This document shows positions 59,756 to 64,000 of a stretch of 64,000 nucleotides of DNA, one piece after another. The stretch comes from Felis catus (taxonomy: Eukaryota), in the NCBI RefSeq assembly GCF_018350175.1, contig NC_058383.1, forward strand, positions 12,712,001-12,776,000. Direction: 5' to 3'. Every line of letters starts with the position of its first letter. Positions within the stretch are counted from its first letter, which is position 1. The position numbers and the translations under genes were made by a program. Below the pieces are notes generated by a model. The model made no database searches. It saw nothing but the letters and a program-made list of their open reading frames with translations, and was not told the DNA's origin.

Positions 59756-60583
59756 AAGGATCTAAGGAGACATTTCTCAAATATATACAAATGTCCAGTA
59801 AGCACTTGAAAAGATATTCAGCATCATTAGCCATTAGGGAAATACGAATCAAAACCACAATCAGATATGACCACACATCCACTAGACTGGCTATAATCAA
59901 AAAGGTAATAAAAAATATTGGTGAGGATGTGGAGAAATCAGAACCCCATAGAATGCTGGTGGGAATGTAAAATCGTGCAGCCACTTTGGAAAACAGGCTG
60001 GTAGTTCCCCAACGTTTAAACACAGAGTTATCATATGACCCAGCAATTCCACTCCTAGGTATAGGCCCAAGAGAAATGAAAACATATGCCCCCACAAGAG
60101 CTTAAACATGAATGTTCACAGCAGCATTATTCACAATAGCCAAAAAGTAAAAACAACCCAAATATCTATCACCTGAATGGATAAATGAAATACGGTATTT
60201 TCTTACAATGGAATATACTTTGGCAATAAAAGGGAATGGAGTACTGATACATGCTACAATATAGACGAATCTTGAAAACATTATACAAAGTGAGATAAAC
60301 CAGTCACAAAAGCCCCCATGTGATTCTATTTACATGATAGGTGCAATATAAGCGAGTCAATAGAGACAGAAACTAGACTAGTGGTTGCCTGGGGCTGAAA
60401 GGGGGTTGGAGGGAGAGTTTGGGAGGTGACAGCTAAGAGATACAGGTTTCTTTTTGGGGTGATGAAAATGTTCTAAAATTTATCACTGTGATGGTTGTGC
60501 AACAAAGTACGTGAAAAGCCATTGAATTATATACTTTAAATGAGTGAACTATACGGTATGTGAATTATATCTCAATAAAGCTG
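59756..60583 (+). mobile_element. L1MB-like 3' end inserted in a MIR
   Basis: ORF 59716-59970 (SLAIREIRIKTTIRYDHTSTRLAIIKK) is the ORF2 C-terminal region; ends TGAATTATATCTCAATAAAGCTG. Confidence 0.9.
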
Positions 60584-60593
60584 TATTTTTTGT

Positions 60594-62432
60594 TTTGTTT
60601 TTAAATCTTATTTTTATTTTTATTTATTTTTTTAAATATGAAATCCATTGTCAAACTGGTTTCCACACAACACCCAGGGCTCATCCCAACAGGTGCCCTC
60701 CTCAACGCCCACCACCCACCCTCCCCGCTCCCCCCCCCCCCGCCAAACCCCCAGTCCACTCTCAGTTTTCAAGAGTCTCCCATGGTTTGCCTCCTTCCCT
60801 CTCGAACTTTTTTTTTCCCCTTCCCCTCCCCCATGGGCCTCTGCCAAGTTTCCCAGGATTCACATAAGAGTGAACACATATGGTATCTGTCTTTCTCTGT
60901 AGGACTTATTTCACTTAGCATAACACTCTCCAGTTCCATCCACGCTGCTACAAAAGGCCACATTTCATTCCTTCTCGTTGCCAAGTAGTATTCCATTGTA
61001 TATATAAAACACAATTACTTTATCCATTCATCAGCTGATGGACATTTAGGCTCTTTCCACAATTTGGCCATTGTTGAAAGTGCTGCTGTAAACATTGGGG
61101 TACAAGTGCCCCATGCATCAGCACTCCTGTATCCCTTGGGTAAACTCCTAGCAGTGCTATTGCTGGTCATAGGATAGATCCATTTTTAATTCTTTGAGGA
61201 ACCTCCACAGTTTTCCAGAGTGGCTGCACCAGTTTGCACTCCCACCAACAGTGCAAGAGGGTTCCCGTTTCTCCACATTCTCTCTAGCATCTATAGTCTC
61301 CTGATTTGTTCATTTTAGCCACTCTGAGTGGCATGAGGTTATATCCCAGTGTGGTTTTGATTCACATCTCCCCGATGAGGAGTGACATTGAGCATCTTTT
61401 CATGTGCCTATTGGCCATCTGGATGTGTTCTTTAGGGAAGTATCTATTCATGTCTTCTGCCCATTTCTTCACTGGATTATTTGTTTTTTGGGTGTGGAGT
61501 TTGGTTAAGTTCTATGTAGATTTTAAATACTAGCCCTTTGTCTAATATATCATTTGCAAGTATCTTTTCCCATTCCATTGGTTGCTTTTAGTTTTGTTGA
61601 TTGTTTCCTTTGCAGTGCAGAAGCTTTTTATCTTCATGAGGTCCCAATAGTTCATTTTTGCTTTTAATTCCCTTGCCTTTGGGGATGTGTCAAGTAAGAA
61701 ATTGCTGCAGCTGAGGTCAGAGAGGTTTTTTTCCTGCTTTCTTCTCTAGGGCTTTGATGGTTTCTTGTCTCACACTCAGGTCCTTTATCCATTTTGAGTT
61801 TATTTTTGTGAATGGTGTAAGAAGGTGGTCTAGTTTCATTCTTCTGCATGTTGCTGTCCAGTTCTCCCACCACTGTTTGTTAAAGAGACTGTCTTTTTTC
61901 CATTGGATATTCTTTCCTGCTTTGTCAAAGATTAGTTGGCCATACTTTTGTGGGTCCAATTCTGGAGTCTCTATTCTATTCCATTGGTCTGTGTGTCTGT
62001 TTTTGTGCCAATACCATGCTGTCTTGATGATGACAGCTTTGTAGTAGAGGCTAAAGTCTGGGATTGTGATGCCTCCTGCTTTGGTCTTCTTCTTCAATAT
62101 TACTTTGGCTATTCAGGGTCTTTTGTGGTTCCATACAAATTTTAGGATTGCTTGTTCTAGCTTCGGGAAGAATGCTGGTGCAATTTTGATTGGGATTGCA
62201 TTGAATGTGTAGGTAGCTTTGGGTAGTATTGACATTTTAACAATATTTATTCTTCCAACCCATGAGCATGGAATGTTTTTCCATTTCTTTGTATCTTCAA
62301 TTTCCTTCATAAGTTTTCTATAGTTTTCAACATACAGATCTTTCACATCTTTGGTTAGGTTTATTCCTAGGTATTTTATGATTCTTGGTGCAATTGTGAA
62401 TGGGATCAGTTTCTTTACTTGTCTTTCTGTTG
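60594..62432 (-). mobile_element. Young 5'-truncated felid-type L1 (L1_Fc-like), ~1.84 kb
   Basis: ORF2 peptides [31 protein letters not shown] and [15 protein letters not shown]; 17-bp TSD AAAGCTGTATT(T/C)TTTGT at 60577 and 62434. Confidence 0.95.
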
Positions 62433-63499
62433 AAAAGCTGTATTCTTTGTAAAAAGATGTGCCAGGCAGTTTGCTAGGCACTCAGTACATAATGGATGCG
62501 AAATGTGGATAGTATGTGCTTCATAAATACAATGCAAACACATAATGCCTCATTTACCTTGAATACAGAGGGAAAAGAACTTTTAAAAGAAATACAAGTG
62601 CATGTGAAATATAAAAGCCTAAATTAATGTGCTAATTAGGAATAAAATAACCATAACTAAGGCATATCAGCACATAGTATCGTACTGGGATATCATTAAA
62701 CTGTACTTGAGTGTACAGTAAGGCAAAGCCTTTAGTGGCAATAATCTTTGGTAATACGCTATTGAATCATTGTGTTATTTAAACAGAAAGTGAAGGCCAT
62801 TATAAACTACACCTGAGAATCAAAGACAAAGAGATAAAATGACAGTTTCTTGCAAGAGAAGAGATCTGAAGAGGAAATCCTGCCTCTACTTCTTTACCTG
62901 TCTTGGCTGTCTATTTCGAATGCACACGGTCCCTCTATTTTCCCAAATTGCATACTTCCCTGGTCCTTAGCCTTTCCCATTCTCCTGTTAGACCCAGGAA
63001 GCTATTATTTTATAGCCTAAAAGCTAATGCGACCCTCAGAATTATTGATGAGCATGGGCTCCTTGCAAGAAGTCACCATGTGCATCCTGCTGGAGTGGGG
63101 CAGAGTGAACAGCCTGGGGAAGGACACTGACACCTGCCAGAGCTTTTAGTGGCATTCTTGTCCAGGCTTGACATTACAGATAGAGTAAGGCATCCTGGAG
63201 TAGCCCATTAACACATGCGAAGGCAGATCTGCCAAGTATCTCAAGGGGCCATCGTCCATCTAGTATGTGTAGTTCTGGTGTTGTGTCGACACCAAGTAAG
63301 GACCAAACCCTGGATGAGAAGCTTGTGTGGATGCACGAAAAGTTTCCTTAAAAATGATAGAAGAAAAGAGGTCGCGGTGTGGAGGAGACCCATCAACAAC
63401 AGCAACAACAAAGAGTGGAAGTGAGAGATAAGAAAGGAGGAGAGGATGGAGAGAGGGTATAGTGAAGTCTGTTAGGACATTTAAAAATCGCCAGAAAGA

Positions 63500-63598
63500 T
63501 GGCTGCCTCAGTCAGTGGAGCCTGCAACTCTTGATCTCGGGGTTGTGGGTTTGAGCCCCATGTTGGGTGCAGAGATTATTACTTAAAAATAAAATCTT
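63500..63598 (+). mobile_element. Short old-type Can-SINE
   Basis: CTCAGTCAGTGGAGCCTGCAACTCTTGATCTCGGGGTTG...AAAATAAAATCTT. Confidence 0.82.
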
Positions 63599-63827
63599 CC
63601 AGGGGGACAAAAATCAAATTTGCCAGAAAGAGAAATGTTAACCTCAACCACCAGAGAGAAATAGACCTCTTTTAGGTACGTCCCTTCCGTAAAATGAAGT
63701 GGTGGCAAGAGAAAGTATCTTAAAAATTAATGCATGTTAAGGAAGAAATAAGGTGGTCAGCAGAGGACAGGATGGCACTTTGAAGTGCTAAAGAGGTAAC
63801 AAGTGGACATAAAAGTATTCATGTTGA

Positions 63828-64000
63828 GAGGCACCTGCGTGGCTCAGTCAGTTAAACATCCGACTTTGGCTCAGCTTATGATCTTACAGTTCATGGGTTT
63901 AAGCCCCGGGTCGGGCTCTGTGCTGACAGCTTGGAGCCTGGAACCTGCTTCAGATTCTGTGTCTCCCTCTCTCTCTGCCCTTCCTCTGCTCATGCTCTGT
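63828..64000 (+). mobile_element. Can-SINE (runs off the window)
   Basis: GGCACCTGCGTGGCTCAGTCAGTTAAAC head and body. Confidence 0.92.

Noticed and set aside
61717..62481. L1 ORF2 peptides as an active element or gene
   Set aside because: 5'-truncated and frameshifted; not retrotransposition-competent.
1..64000. CRISPR arrays, operons, rRNA genes or other prokaryote-type systems; a named host gene
   Set aside because: The sequence is mammalian, with no regularly spaced repeat-spacer array or rRNA; no exon matched a protein I recognise.

Overview
Mammalian genomic DNA from a carnivore, almost certainly a felid: it carries young SINEC_Fc-type Can-SINEs, a felid-type L1 and a gammaretrovirus-like LTR. 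No protein-coding exon could be confidently assigned to a named gene. The ORF track is explained by repeats, microsatellites and chance. The window is repeat-dense intronic or intergenic DNA: about 40 Can-SINEs, several old L1M fragments including a ~5 kb L1, and L2, L3, MIR, MLT/ERVL LTRs and MER DNA transposons. Unique islands between them look like enhancers or conserved non-coding elements. Five or six minus-strand exon-like segments with good splice sites suggest a spliced non-coding or 5'-UTR transcript. Most notable observations: (1) a young L1 whose 3' ~750 bp carries a strongly strand-biased excess of A-to-G changes on the L1 sense strand (possible fossil of RNA hyper-editing or of clustered mutation/gBGC); (2) a readable fossil of an ancient RTE-X/L4-like reverse transcriptase; (3) an 82-bp local templated copy of an L1 segment 4.5 kb away; (4) a truncated LTR with apparently disabled TATA and poly(A) signals; (5) several multi-layer insertion sites. 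Repeat family names come from recalled consensus sequences, not from a database search. Boundaries are approximate unless TSDs are given.
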